The notes below the pieces were generated by a model that saw nothing but the letters and a program-made list of their open reading frames with translations, was not told where the DNA came from and made no database searches. Of a DNA stretch of 64,000 bases, positions 30,875 through 40,427 are shown piece after piece. The translations under genes were made by a program, and so were the position numbers. Each line of letters starts with the position of its first letter. Positions within the stretch are counted from its first letter, which is position 1. Source of the DNA: a virus; IMG/VR virus record IMGVR_UViG_3300029258_001887. The stretch is one strand, 5' to 3'.

Positions 30875-31235
30875 TTTCCATCCCCTTGTTTCGCTCGATG
30901 TTCACACACGCAGCCGTTTTACCCTTCCGGCCCGGTTTCACATCGTTAATAACCACACGCTGTCCTCTGGGTAAGTCCATAATCAGATGGTGATAGTAAA
31001 GCCCCGCTTCTCCTATCTGTTGTTCAGTCAGTTGTCGCAGACTCTCTGGCCGTCCCGTGGTCAGAACGACCGTATAGCCTTTGTAGGCCCACTGTTTGAA
31101 CGCCTCTCTGGCCCCAGGCAGTAACTCACATGGGTTGGTCAGTATTTCAGCTATATCCCCGTGGTGCTTGAAAACGCAACCATCCAGATCGCAAAATACG
31201 GTCTTGATATATACAGCATGATCAATCTGTGACAT
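30861..31235 (-). CDS. HAD-superfamily phosphatase
   Basis: FCDLDG, LTTGR, INDVK. Confidence 0.8.
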   Translation of the reverse strand: MSQIDHAVYIKTVFCDLDGCVFKHHGDIAEILTNPCELLPGAREAFKQWAYKGYTVVLTTGRPESLRQLTEQQIGEAGLYYHHLIMDLPRGQRVVINDVKPGRKGKTAACVNIERNKGMENVDI

Positions 31236-33561
31236 CGACCAATCCTTCGTCAAGAACCTCATCTTCGTCGGTGCCGTTTATCAAGTCCTGCGCTTTCCAG
31301 AGCTTGTCCAGGGCAACTACTCCCAGGAAGTCAAACTTAACGGCACCCATATCCTCTGCATTGTACATCTCCAGACCCACCACGCGATCCTTATTTCGTG
31401 CATCATAGGCCAGCGGCATAAATTCGACAATGGGTCTATCTGCGATGACGACTCCAGCCGCGTGCTTGGACTGAGATTTCTTGGTGCCCTCAATTCGCAT
31501 GGCTTGATCAAACAACGGCTTAAACCACTCATACGCATCCTGGACCTGTTCCACATTGTGAACAGCCCACTGTAGAATGCCGTAGTCGTCACCCTGTTCG
31601 GCCCGTGCCTGCCGCAACTCATCTGCGATGCTGGCTTCGTCGGGTATATACTGCGTTATGTCATTGCATAGGTCGTGCGGTGTCATGTTGATGTCGTCAG
31701 CGTCCTTACCCTCTTTCACAGCCTTGACCTTCATCAAATGTCTGACTGTATCTGGGTGAGCCCGAAATACTTCCTTGAGAGCCGCTTTGCCTTGTAGGCG
31801 ACCGAAGGTGATCATTTGGGCGACATATTCCTCTCCCCATCGTTCTTTGAGGTAGGCGATGACTTCGTTGCGGAACACAACTCCGATGTCGGTGTCGATA
31901 TCCGGGAGGCTGATGTGTCCGTCATGGGTTTTGACCTTGCGGCTGACATCCAATTCGTCGCGGCCCGCCAGAGTCAGACCCAGCCCATAAGCCAAGTGTG
32001 AGTTCGATGGGTTTTCTGCTGGCTTGTCCTGGATCATATCGTACAGATACATCCACATACGAGGATTCTTCTCGTCGATCCATTCCACCTCTTCCCTCAT
32101 CATGTCTGTGAATTCGACCTTCCCCTGCTTCATCCGTCTGGCTAGGTGCGTAGCCACCGCCTTCCGCTCGGCATCTGTGTCACGAGTATGCAACATCTCA
32201 AAGTTGTCGGACATCCATGACATGAAATCCGTCTGCCCGACATCAAAGTGGGGAGGGATATTCCTGCTCATATTGTAGAATCGTTCAAAGTACAGCCCGT
32301 ATTCGATTGGATCGATGCCTGTAATTCCCGTCAGATAGTTGACCAGTGAGCCAGCACCAGAACCTCGCCCCTTACCTCGGGGGCCATTCCTTTCGTCCAC
32401 AAAGCGGCACGCATCCCACACGATAAGAAAGTAGTCAGCCAGTCCGGCTTCCATGATGACAATGAGTTCCCTCTGTAGGCGTTCCCAATAGGTTCGCTTC
32501 TGCTGTGCGTCGAGATGTGCCAATTTCGTCTTAGCACCCTCGATACATAGGTGTTTTAGATATTCATTCGAATCGAGGCCAAGGGTCTTTGACTCTTCGT
32601 TGGTGAAAATCGGGAGATAAGGATTGTGGCCCAGAGATGAATATTCGATCTGATCGGCAATGTCTAGTGTGGTCTGTAGTTCTGCCTCGGTGAAGTGTTT
32701 TCTCATCTCGTCATAGGACGGGATGTAGTACCTATCCGAAACCATGAAATCCATAACGTCGCCGGTCTGTTGCAGTTTGCGCTCCTGCTCTTCTTTGGTC
32801 GTGTGTAGCTGTGCATACAACAAGAGTCTCTGGTCCTCAGCCTCTTGTTGCTTGCAATAGTGTGCATCGATGGTGGCTACGGTTGGTACTCCCGTTTCTT
32901 CACTGAGTTCCCGCAGACACTCGACGACCAGCGTTTGAATACCCATACCTTCATCTTGTAGCTCAAGATAATAGTTGCCCTTGCCGAATGTGGCTAGGTG
33001 CTTGTGGATGATAGCTTTGCCAACGTCCTTCCAGTTGGGTCGCAGATACTTCCTTGCCCCGCTGGCGTTGCCATTCCTGCCTGCTATGATTGCTGTACGA
33101 AAATCTGTAAACAATGCCATCGGCAATTCGCCTGCGATACATGCGGTGAGGAAAATCAGATTGCCACGCTTGGCAAACGGGGCAATACCAGCGAGGTGGA
33201 TACGTGGTCTGCGGTAGAAATAATCTGGTCTATTTGATTCGCTGACCAGAGCCATCAGGTCTTTGATTCCCTGATCGTTTCTGGCGAGAACAATTAGGTG
33301 GTGTCGCCTGTTGTTGTCAGAGTTCTTGATATCTGCCTCTTTTTCGCAGACATACATTTCACACCCGATAATGGGTTTGACTTTCTTTTTCTTGGCAGCA
33401 TCATAGAAGACTTTCATGCCAGCAATATTGCCGTGGTCAGTCAGTGCGCACGCCGGTAACCCAAGCTCGGCACATCGGGCCACAATGTCCTTGGGCGAAC
33501 AGAGTCCGTCCAATAGACTGTAGAAACTGTGAACATGAAGGGGCGCATATGTCTTACTCAT
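31222..33561 (-). CDS. dnaE: DNA polymerase III alpha subunit, N-terminal half (PHP + palm/thumb)
   Basis: LHVHSFYSLLDG, LTDHG, DAHY, GRGSGAGSLV, PDIDTD, KHAAGVV, KFDFLG followed soon by a stop. Confidence 0.95.
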   Translation of the reverse strand: MSKTYAPLHVHSFYSLLDGLCSPKDIVARCAELGLPACALTDHGNIAGMKVFYDAAKKKKVKPIIGCEMYVCEKEADIKNSDNNRRHHLIVLARNDQGIKDLMALVSESNRPDYFYRRPRIHLAGIAPFAKRGNLIFLTACIAGELPMALFTDFRTAIIAGRNGNASGARKYLRPNWKDVGKAIIHKHLATFGKGNYYLELQDEGMGIQTLVVECLRELSEETGVPTVATIDAHYCKQQEAEDQRLLLYAQLHTTKEEQERKLQQTGDVMDFMVSDRYYIPSYDEMRKHFTEAELQTTLDIADQIEYSSLGHNPYLPIFTNEESKTLGLDSNEYLKHLCIEGAKTKLAHLDAQQKRTYWERLQRELIVIMEAGLADYFLIVWDACRFVDERNGPRGKGRGSGAGSLVNYLTGITGIDPIEYGLYFERFYNMSRNIPPHFDVGQTDFMSWMSDNFEMLHTRDTDAERKAVATHLARRMKQGKVEFTDMMREEVEWIDEKNPRMWMYLYDMIQDKPAENPSNSHLAYGLGLTLAGRDELDVSRKVKTHDGHISLPDIDTDIGVVFRNEVIAYLKERWGEEYVAQMITFGRLQGKAALKEVFRAHPDTVRHLMKVKAVKEGKDADDINMTPHDLCNDITQYIPDEASIADELRQARAEQGDDYGILQWAVHNVEQVQDAYEWFKPLFDQAMRIEGTKKSQSKHAAGVVIADRPIVEFMPLAYDARNKDRVVGLEMYNAEDMGAVKFDFLGVVALDKLWKAQDLINGTDEDEVLDEGLVDVTD

Positions 33562-33562
33562 C

Positions 33563-34510
33563 TTATGCCTCCGCTGGTTGACCGAGAGCTAACTGGCTTT
33601 CGCAATCCAGATTAGCGTAACGATCCTCTACGTATTCGCCGCCTAGTGTGTGTAGATCGCTCCACACACGGTGGCAGACGCCGTTTTTGTTGAAGTTACA
33701 CATTCGGCAAGTCCACCAACGATTACGTCTCATCAGGGTATCCTGTCGGATGGTTGTAAAGAAGCGGTGGAGTGCCGCTATTGTCATAGCAACATCTTCC
33801 TGGGACAAAGCAATGGTGACGGGGCCACCGTCATTGGTATAATAGAAGGTAATCAATATGTTTTTGTACTTTGGATAGAGGAAGTATGCTGCCAAGTGGT
33901 ACAACCTCGGCTGAACCTCCCTCATAAGCAAAGCTTCGTCGATGGGCTGTTGAGTGTAGAAATCTTTCCTGCTGCCTGTTTTCCAGTCTACAATCTCGAT
34001 GGTATCGGCGTCAATCTCGTGTACAAGGTCGATAAAACCACGCACGGTGAACTGGTGCAGTTTGCCATCTTTGTCGAGGCATTGCCATTCGTCGCCCGGC
34101 ATTTCAAGCGCAAACCACCGCTCGGCGTCAACCACATTGGGCAATTGATATGGATTGTAATATGGATCAGCCAACACTGTTTCTAGGGCGACCCGGCACT
34201 TCTTGAAGTCAGCCGCTTCTTTGAAGTCACCCGTATCTTTGTCTATGCGGGTGGTTACTTTGCGAATTTCGATATCTGATTTAGCCGTCAGTTCATCCCA
34301 CGCTCTATTGAGCAACCACATCGGGTCAACGTTCGTCTTGCCTCGCTTGCGCAGCTTAATCATCCACTCCAGAGCTTGGTGAACGATGCTCCCCTGGAGT
34401 GCCGCCTTGCCCGCTCTCGATTCCATGCCAAGAATATACTGCATGAAATACGAGAAGGGGCAATGGTTGTACAACCCAATTGCACTAGCGCTGCATTTAA
34501 CTACCCGCAT
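33563..34510 (-). CDS. PD-(D/E)XK exonuclease (Cas4/AddB-like, four Cys)
   Basis: SAS...CP, GSIVH..LE, RGFIDLV, IVDWKTG, Q..LY, CRMC...C. Confidence 0.85.
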   Translation of the reverse strand: MRVVKCSASAIGLYNHCPFSYFMQYILGMESRAGKAALQGSIVHQALEWMIKLRKRGKTNVDPMWLLNRAWDELTAKSDIEIRKVTTRIDKDTGDFKEAADFKKCRVALETVLADPYYNPYQLPNVVDAERWFALEMPGDEWQCLDKDGKLHQFTVRGFIDLVHEIDADTIEIVDWKTGSRKDFYTQQPIDEALLMREVQPRLYHLAAYFLYPKYKNILITFYYTNDGGPVTIALSQEDVAMTIAALHRFFTTIRQDTLMRRNRWWTCRMCNFNKNGVCHRVWSDLHTLGGEYVEDRYANLDCESQLALGQPAEA

Positions 34511-34898
34511 TGTCCTTCCCCTGCCGATTACGGTGAGCAAACCATTCCTTGACTCGCGGGGTGATGTCGTCCAAATCATCTCTGCCGCACTCCTGGAAAT
34601 GCATGATAGAATTGGCGTTGAAAACCACCGCCGCCAGATGGTCTTCGTCGGTTTCCCCTCGTTCAAAAGCGGCTACGTGCCTTTTCAGACTCGCCAAGAA
34701 CCGACTGAACGGCATTCCCTTCGCCCAGTTCCACTCGTCGTACTTTTTCGCACCGCCGCCATAGTGCAGGGCAACTCGTTGTTCTGCCAGCGGTGGTATT
34801 AAGTCAAACCGTGGTTTCCCATCATCGGTGTCACGAACTGCTCCACCATCGAAATTCTGTCGCTCCCCAGAATCTTTGATTTCAAACTGCTTCGCCAT
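34497..34898 (-). CDS. dATP/dGTP diphosphohydrolase-like protein (DUF5664-type)
   Basis: GAVRD...GKPRFDLIP, GAKKY..WNW.KG, SLKRH, EDHLAA..FN. Confidence 0.75.
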   Translation of the reverse strand: MAKQFEIKDSGERQNFDGGAVRDTDDGKPRFDLIPPLAEQRVALHYGGGAKKYDEWNWAKGMPFSRFLASLKRHVAAFERGETDEDHLAAVVFNANSIMHFQECGRDDLDDITPRVKEWFAHRNRQGKDNAGS

Positions 34899-36054
34899 CT
34901 ACGTTCTCCACTGCGTAACCGTCAGAGAGCATTGCTGCTCTCGACGCCTTTTCCAGAATAGGACCAATCTTTGCCGCAATATCATCGGCAAACATATCAC
35001 CAACATCGTTCACGGTATCCGGTGTCACACAGAACACGCGAAAATAGTGAGTCAAGTCTCTCTCCAGTTTCCTCATTGCTTCCTGACCAGCCTCATCGTT
35101 GTCGAATGTGCAAACAACCGTTAGCGCCCCAGCATTCTGGAGCATCAGTCGTTGCTGCTTTGACATATTGAGACCCAACAGGGCAACACTGTTCCGAATG
35201 CCAGCCGCTTCGTATGCCCACACGTCTCCCGGCCCTTCACACAGAATGGCCGTGCCAGTTTTGCTTATGAATGGCTTGGCATACCATAGATTGTACAGAC
35301 ACAATTCACCACGGAAATCCTTAGAGTGCTTCCATTTGGTGTACACACCACCATACTGCGGATCAGGGCACGATGGCCGTTCTGGATGGTGATGCATACC
35401 GCACTTTGTACACTTATCGTAGATACTTCTCCCCGACCACCCCATTACGTATCGCCCAGTCGCATCCAAAATCGGGAAGAAAGCCCTTTTGTACATTGGC
35501 TTCCCCTTGGTGTTGCAAAACGATACATGATAGCGAGCTATGATTTCAGGCGAAACACCACGGTTCGGGTAGTATACCTGATCGGCTTTTAGGTGTGGCA
35601 GCATGGTAGCCAACGGGACACCTTGTCCCTGCGTGGCAGATTGTTTTTTGCGGTGTTGCTTTATGATCTTCGCAATCTCTATATCTTGAGCGGTCGCCGC
35701 ATCTCCACTACACTGTTCGAGCCCCAATACTTGGACCACGAAGTTTACGGCTTGCTTGAAGCCCCACTCTTTTCCTGTCTTGCGGGTCATGGCACCACGC
35801 ACAAGCCCGAAAACACTGCTCGACGGACCAGTAATGGGGTCGCAATGACACCCTCTGGTTTTACACTGCCAATGGCTGGACCGGATAGCCCAGAACATAG
35901 CCCTCTGATTGTCCCCCTCGTGGACGGGACAAGCGGCCTGTAGATAATCGTGCCGTTCAACGTAGTCGATACCGAGTGCGTCGAACACTTCGGTTATTCT
36001 CTCGCAGGCACGAGCCTGGATGAACGGAATGTCTTTGGAGCTAAACCGCCTCAT
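34882..36054 (-). CDS. dnaG: DNA primase
   Basis: CPVH...C....C zinc finger; FPI, GR, LCEGPGDV, FDND.AG Toprim motifs. Confidence 0.9.
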   Translation of the reverse strand: MRRFSSKDIPFIQARACERITEVFDALGIDYVERHDYLQAACPVHEGDNQRAMFWAIRSSHWQCKTRGCHCDPITGPSSSVFGLVRGAMTRKTGKEWGFKQAVNFVVQVLGLEQCSGDAATAQDIEIAKIIKQHRKKQSATQGQGVPLATMLPHLKADQVYYPNRGVSPEIIARYHVSFCNTKGKPMYKRAFFPILDATGRYVMGWSGRSIYDKCTKCGMHHHPERPSCPDPQYGGVYTKWKHSKDFRGELCLYNLWYAKPFISKTGTAILCEGPGDVWAYEAAGIRNSVALLGLNMSKQQRLMLQNAGALTVVCTFDNDEAGQEAMRKLERDLTHYFRVFCVTPDTVNDVGDMFADDIAAKIGPILEKASRAAMLSDGYAVENVDGEAV

Positions 36055-37483
36055 TCGCCTGATTCTCCAAAGCCGATTGTGTCACCATCGAGAATGGTTT
36101 TCCCTCAGACAGCTTGCCCACTTCAAGCTTGTCTACAACATTGATGTATTCGCCGCTTTCCATGCCAGCACCGAATCTGGTATCCGTGACCACCAATTTC
36201 TTGGTACCGTTCGACGGCGGGTCTTCGTTGAGTTCAGTCTGAATCTTTTTCTTGAGAATTGTGAAATTGGAACACAACCACACAATTCTATCAGACCCGG
36301 AGACCACTTCGGCCCCTTCTTTTTCAACGCCATCTCTGTTAAGCTGCACTGTTGCCAACACGGGGAGTTTGAACTTCACGGCAAAGTTGTGCAGAGCAGT
36401 AACAAGGAAACCAAGCAACTGATATTCTTGTAGGTTGTTTTTGAATCCACCGTCATCCATCAGCTTCAGATAGTCATAAACAATGAGACACGGCTTAGCC
36501 GCCCCACTACTGGTGAATCCCACGGTCTTGGACAACCATCTTCTAGCAATGGACATGATGGCGTGTGGAGCTAGACCGGCCACCGAGAAGTGATCGATGG
36601 GAAGTCCCTCAATGTGCTCTTGGCAACCCCAGATAGCTTCCGATTCATGAGGGTTACCAGCAAACTGACCCGTTTCCACATGGTTCAAATCTACGCCCGA
36701 CACCAAAGAGGTGAGGCGATGCAATTGGGTATCGCTTGTAAGCTCCGTGTCTAGATACAGTACCGGAATACCATTCTCCGCAACATTGCGTGCTACGTTA
36801 ATACAGAAGAACGACTTACCCTGTTTGGGGCGTGCCCCTACAACGTTCACCGTGGCCGGTCTTAAGCCGCCGCCTATTGCCGTATCCCACGCTGGAAACC
36901 CGGTTGGTAGTCCGATGATGTCTTGTGGGGTTTCGGATAATGCCGCCATCACATTCTTGAATCTTTGTCCCAGAGAGACTACGCCTGCGCCTTGAGATAC
37001 AATTTGGCCGGTGAACTCAAATATCGGTTCTTCGATTTGACCGATGATGGTATCTACATCTTCTGCGCCGGTGACTTTCCTGAGATTGTTCTGTACTGCT
37101 TTTGCTGCAAGGTAACCACGGCGAGCTAATGATAGCTTGTAAACTGCGACGACAAGTGATCGAACGTTATCTTTGGACGAACCCACCTCTTCAACGACGG
37201 CATCGAGGTACTCAGAGTGCTTGCCGCCGCTGACAAAATCGTTGTGTCCTAGCACTTTAGCCGCTGTTTGTATATTGGGAATGTCGAACGTTTTGGCATC
37301 TTCATGGTGTACCAAGTGAGATAGGATGTTGAATAATTCTTGGTTGCAAGGCCAATAGAAGTCCTTGACACCAAGGATGTCTTCAACCTCAAAGAAACAG
37401 TCGGCACCATGCGTGGTTATCCCGGCTAGGACTGCACGCTCCATGCCCGCATCTTGTAGAATTGCGTTTGCCTTTGCGCCCAT
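36041..37483 (-). CDS. dnaB: replicative DNA helicase
   Basis: GLPTGF, GARPKQGKS, VYDYL, QLNR. Confidence 0.92.
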   Translation of the reverse strand: MGAKANAILQDAGMERAVLAGITTHGADCFFEVEDILGVKDFYWPCNQELFNILSHLVHHEDAKTFDIPNIQTAAKVLGHNDFVSGGKHSEYLDAVVEEVGSSKDNVRSLVVAVYKLSLARRGYLAAKAVQNNLRKVTGAEDVDTIIGQIEEPIFEFTGQIVSQGAGVVSLGQRFKNVMAALSETPQDIIGLPTGFPAWDTAIGGGLRPATVNVVGARPKQGKSFFCINVARNVAENGIPVLYLDTELTSDTQLHRLTSLVSGVDLNHVETGQFAGNPHESEAIWGCQEHIEGLPIDHFSVAGLAPHAIMSIARRWLSKTVGFTSSGAAKPCLIVYDYLKLMDDGGFKNNLQEYQLLGFLVTALHNFAVKFKLPVLATVQLNRDGVEKEGAEVVSGSDRIVWLCSNFTILKKKIQTELNEDPPSNGTKKLVVTDTRFGAGMESGEYINVVDKLEVGKLSEGKPFSMVTQSALENQANEAV

Positions 37484-38064
37484 TAAGAGAACCTACTCTT
37501 CTTTTCCTTGAGACACGAAGGACACTTCTGTCCCATCTCACCACTTTGACGATCAGATTCGAACTGTTCTCCGCATTCGTTGCACTTGACCTTGTATTTG
37601 CGCGCGGCTTTGCGACCCAGTTGGGCTTTGTTCCTCTGTGCTTTCTCGGCCTTCGCCTTGTTCTTTTCCACCTCATCCGGGTCAGGCTCGTTGGTAATCA
37701 ATCGAGTGCCACCGGTTTCCTTCTGCACCGCCGTTTTCTTATTATCGTCCAACTGGAGTGTCGGATCATCTTCTTCGGCGGTGGTTTTCTTCTTCTTTTT
37801 CTTCCCACTCCCCTTGGGACGACCTCGCTTCTTTTTCTTCGGCTCAGGTTCGACAGTGGTTGATTGAACCACGGTTTCCCCCTCCGGGAGAATCTCGGAA
37901 GCGATAGCGACTATCTGCTGTAGAACTTCATGGGCCTTCCGCACTTCTCCAGGTCGTTCGACCGGCAAGGGCAGGGCAGTGCCCGTCAGCCGTTCATACC
38001 CCTCACAGACCTTTTCCCAGTCACCTTCTTTAATTCCCTCTTCGATGTATTCGAGTGGACTCAT
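37483..38064 (-). CDS. hypothetical protein with Lys-rich AT-hook-like segment and C-terminal zinc ribbon
   Basis: KKRGRPK; CNEC...CPSC. Confidence 0.55.
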   Translation of the reverse strand: MSPLEYIEEGIKEGDWEKVCEGYERLTGTALPLPVERPGEVRKAHEVLQQIVAIASEILPEGETVVQSTTVEPEPKKKKRGRPKGSGKKKKKKTTAEEDDPTLQLDDNKKTAVQKETGGTRLITNEPDPDEVEKNKAKAEKAQRNKAQLGRKAARKYKVKCNECGEQFESDRQSGEMGQKCPSCLKEKKSRFS

Positions 38065-38480
38065 CGGTTGCTCCCTTCATTGTATCTCGCACGGACTAAG
38101 CCGCCGATGCTCTGTCCCACCAGTTCTATCCGACGAGCGAGATATTGTATCCGCTCTAGCCTCAGTTCAGCCTGTCGTACCCATTGGTTCAGCTTCGGGC
38201 GATCATCTCCGAGCAAACGGTTCATCACCTGACCGGCCCACTTGATGAATGTCTGACACTCATTGGCTTTCTGTTGCAGGAACAAGGCATATTGGGCCAG
38301 GAGGACCGTATCCTCAGATAGCTGGACCGACGATCTTTCTCTAAGTGCGTCTCTCGTAAACTCAAGGATAGCTTCGATCTCTGTATTGGACGGTTGATGC
38401 TGTGGCAATCCAAGTGCCACAATCCACTTATCAAGCTGGTCTCTGTATGCCGTTGTTTCATCGCTCAGTTTACTCATCAT
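38061..38480 (-). CDS. hypothetical helical protein
   Basis: ORF coupled to both neighbours. Confidence 0.5.
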   Translation of the reverse strand: MMSKLSDETTAYRDQLDKWIVALGLPQHQPSNTEIEAILEFTRDALRERSSVQLSEDTVLLAQYALFLQQKANECQTFIKWAGQVMNRLLGDDRPKLNQWVRQAELRLERIQYLARRIELVGQSIGGLVRARYNEGSNR

Positions 38481-38829
38481 AAATCTCGACAAGCCGGAAT
38501 CCGTTCAGTTCGCACCAGTCCCGCTTCCTCTGGTCGGTATCTTGCTGATTGTGAAAATCTACTTTGGTCTTGTGGAAGTGTGGTACGTGTTCGGTGTGCT
38601 GTCGTCCATGACATTCAACCACCAAATCCAGCGACGGGATAAAAAAGTCCAATATGAATCCATCGCCCGGTACTCGCACTTCCTCGAAAATCATGTCGTG
38701 GGGGTACTCAGCCACCAATCGCTGTCCCACCTCATACTGAAATTGCGACTTCGATTTCCCTTTGGTTCGAAGCCGCTTATTGCTTAGGCGTAGCTTAGCG
38801 GTGCCACCCTTGAGTAGTCGTACTTCCAT
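38470..38829 (-). CDS. Vsr/DUF559-like endonuclease
   Basis: LDFFIP..LVVECHGRQH, D..K..WC..NG..LVEI. Confidence 0.75.
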   Translation of the reverse strand: MEVRLLKGGTAKLRLSNKRLRTKGKSKSQFQYEVGQRLVAEYPHDMIFEEVRVPGDGFILDFFIPSLDLVVECHGRQHTEHVPHFHKTKVDFHNQQDTDQRKRDWCELNGFRLVEIYDE

Positions 38830-38830
38830 G

Positions 38831-39385
38831 TCACACCGGAATATCTTGGCCGTTGAATCTTGTTGTGACTCCAACAACTCCATCATACAAGTCGCACTGC
38901 ACTCCAGCCTCATGTAATACGTCCCATGCATCAGTAATAGACTTCACCCAGGTAGTGTGTGCCGATGCAAGCGCCATCAGTTGGGCGTGACCTACCACCC
39001 TGATTACACCGCCTTGAACAATCGCTTTGGCACATTCCGAACATGCATAGAATGGGCAGTATAGTGTTGCACCATGCACTACCTTTCCGTGTCGGGCTGC
39101 GTTGAAGATTGCTCCGTTTTCTGCATGAACAACCAGCCGATACTTGGTCTCTTTGTCTGTCAGACGCTTTTCGGTTTCGGCGACACCGGTCGGGAAACGA
39201 TTAACCCCATACGTTAACACATTCCCGTCTCTGCCGATTAAGACAGCGCCATTTTTTGTACTCGGATCGGGACTGGTTTCGTTGGCATGTTGATATGCCT
39301 CACTCAACAGCCTTCGGTCGGTCTCGCTCGTTGTTAGCGTTAGGGGGCGAGGCAACCATTCCAACCCTTTTCGGATATCACTCAT
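38831..39385 (-). CDS. dCMP deaminase
   Basis: S.DP.TK.GA, HAENGAI, CSEC. Confidence 0.9.
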   Translation of the reverse strand: MSDIRKGLEWLPRPLTLTTSETDRRLLSEAYQHANETSPDPSTKNGAVLIGRDGNVLTYGVNRFPTGVAETEKRLTDKETKYRLVVHAENGAIFNAARHGKVVHGATLYCPFYACSECAKAIVQGGVIRVVGHAQLMALASAHTTWVKSITDAWDVLHEAGVQCDLYDGVVGVTTRFNGQDIPV

Positions 39386-40427
39386 CTTCCTTTTCCTGCG
39401 GGAGCACAACGTCCCTTATCTCCGCTTCAAGCTGTTTCAGCTTGTCCGGGTGCTCTTTGAGGAAATTCGACAACCGAGCAAGCCCCTGGAATTTTGGTGG
39501 GTCACCTTCCCCGGCGAACATTGGGATTGAATACCATGCACCCGCCTTTTCAATCAACCCCAAATTTTCGGCTGTGATTACGATATCCTTGACCACATCG
39601 ATTCCTATGCCGTATCGCAACGGGAGGACGCATGGCAACAGCGGTCTTCCCATTGCTGATGATTGCACTGTGATGTGCATATCATGTCCATCGGGTGCGT
39701 TTGTTTCTGTGTTCCTTTCCCACTGTTGGGTCCAGGTAACTTTCAGCCAGACAGAACATGCATACTGAACAGCTACGCCACCCTTTTCGACGTACTTTGG
39801 GCCGCGTGGTTCACGGTTGCTCATCATCTGAGAGATGAAAATCAAAATCACGTCTTGTGCATCGACCATCTGTTGTGCCCGCCTGAAGAACGCGGACAAC
39901 AACTTAGCTGGACCAGCCATGTCTTTGCTGGAGCCGATCTGTTCTTCCTGTTCTGTCATTGTCGAAAGTGCGGCGATACTGTCAACAACAATGACCGCCT
40001 TCTTTTGTGTCTTGGCGATACGTTCGATGATATTCAGATAGTCTTCGGCAGTGAGCGGCTTGTCTATTTGATGGGGTACAACCTGGAGTTTCGCTGGGTC
40101 TAATCCCTGGATAGTCGCCAGCAGTGCAGGGGTACATCTCTTTTCGATGTTGATGTAGAATGTCGGACGCTCTAGTATCTGGGCGTTTTTGAGTAGTTCG
40201 AGGCAAAGTGTTGTCTTGCCGCTTTTCGGTTTCCCCGTGATAAGACATATCGTGCCATCCGGGATTCCACCGCTGAGCGCAATATCCAGAGATAACGGGG
40301 TGTTTAACACACCTCTGGATCGTGGCGGCAGTGCTTCGGACGCTGGTGCTATAATGCCGTCGCCGTGCATACGTGTTAGAAAAGCATCTAATGATTCACT
40401 GTCTATCTTGGGTTTCCTCTTAGCCAT
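39378..40427 (-). CDS. recA: RecA/UvsX-like recombinase
   Basis: SLDIALSGGIP, GKPKSGKTT, VVDSIAAL, IEKAGAWY. Confidence 0.9.
   Translation of the reverse strand: MAKRKPKIDSESLDAFLTRMHGDGIIAPASEALPPRSRGVLNTPLSLDIALSGGIPDGTICLITGKPKSGKTTLCLELLKNAQILERPTFYINIEKRCTPALLATIQGLDPAKLQVVPHQIDKPLTAEDYLNIIERIAKTQKKAVIVVDSIAALSTMTEQEEQIGSSKDMAGPAKLLSAFFRRAQQMVDAQDVILIFISQMMSNREPRGPKYVEKGGVAVQYACSVWLKVTWTQQWERNTETNAPDGHDMHITVQSSAMGRPLLPCVLPLRYGIGIDVVKDIVITAENLGLIEKAGAWYSIPMFAGEGDPPKFQGLARLSNFLKEHPDKLKQLEAEIRDVVLPQEKEDE

Noticed and set aside
22809-31235. Host chromosomal capsule/LPS locus
   Set aside because: No transport or polymerase genes, and it is embedded between phage-type replication genes with overlapping junctions
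34511-34666. N-terminal extension of the 33563 nuclease
   Set aside because: It overlaps the DUF5664-like gene; the nuclease motif starts at Met 34510
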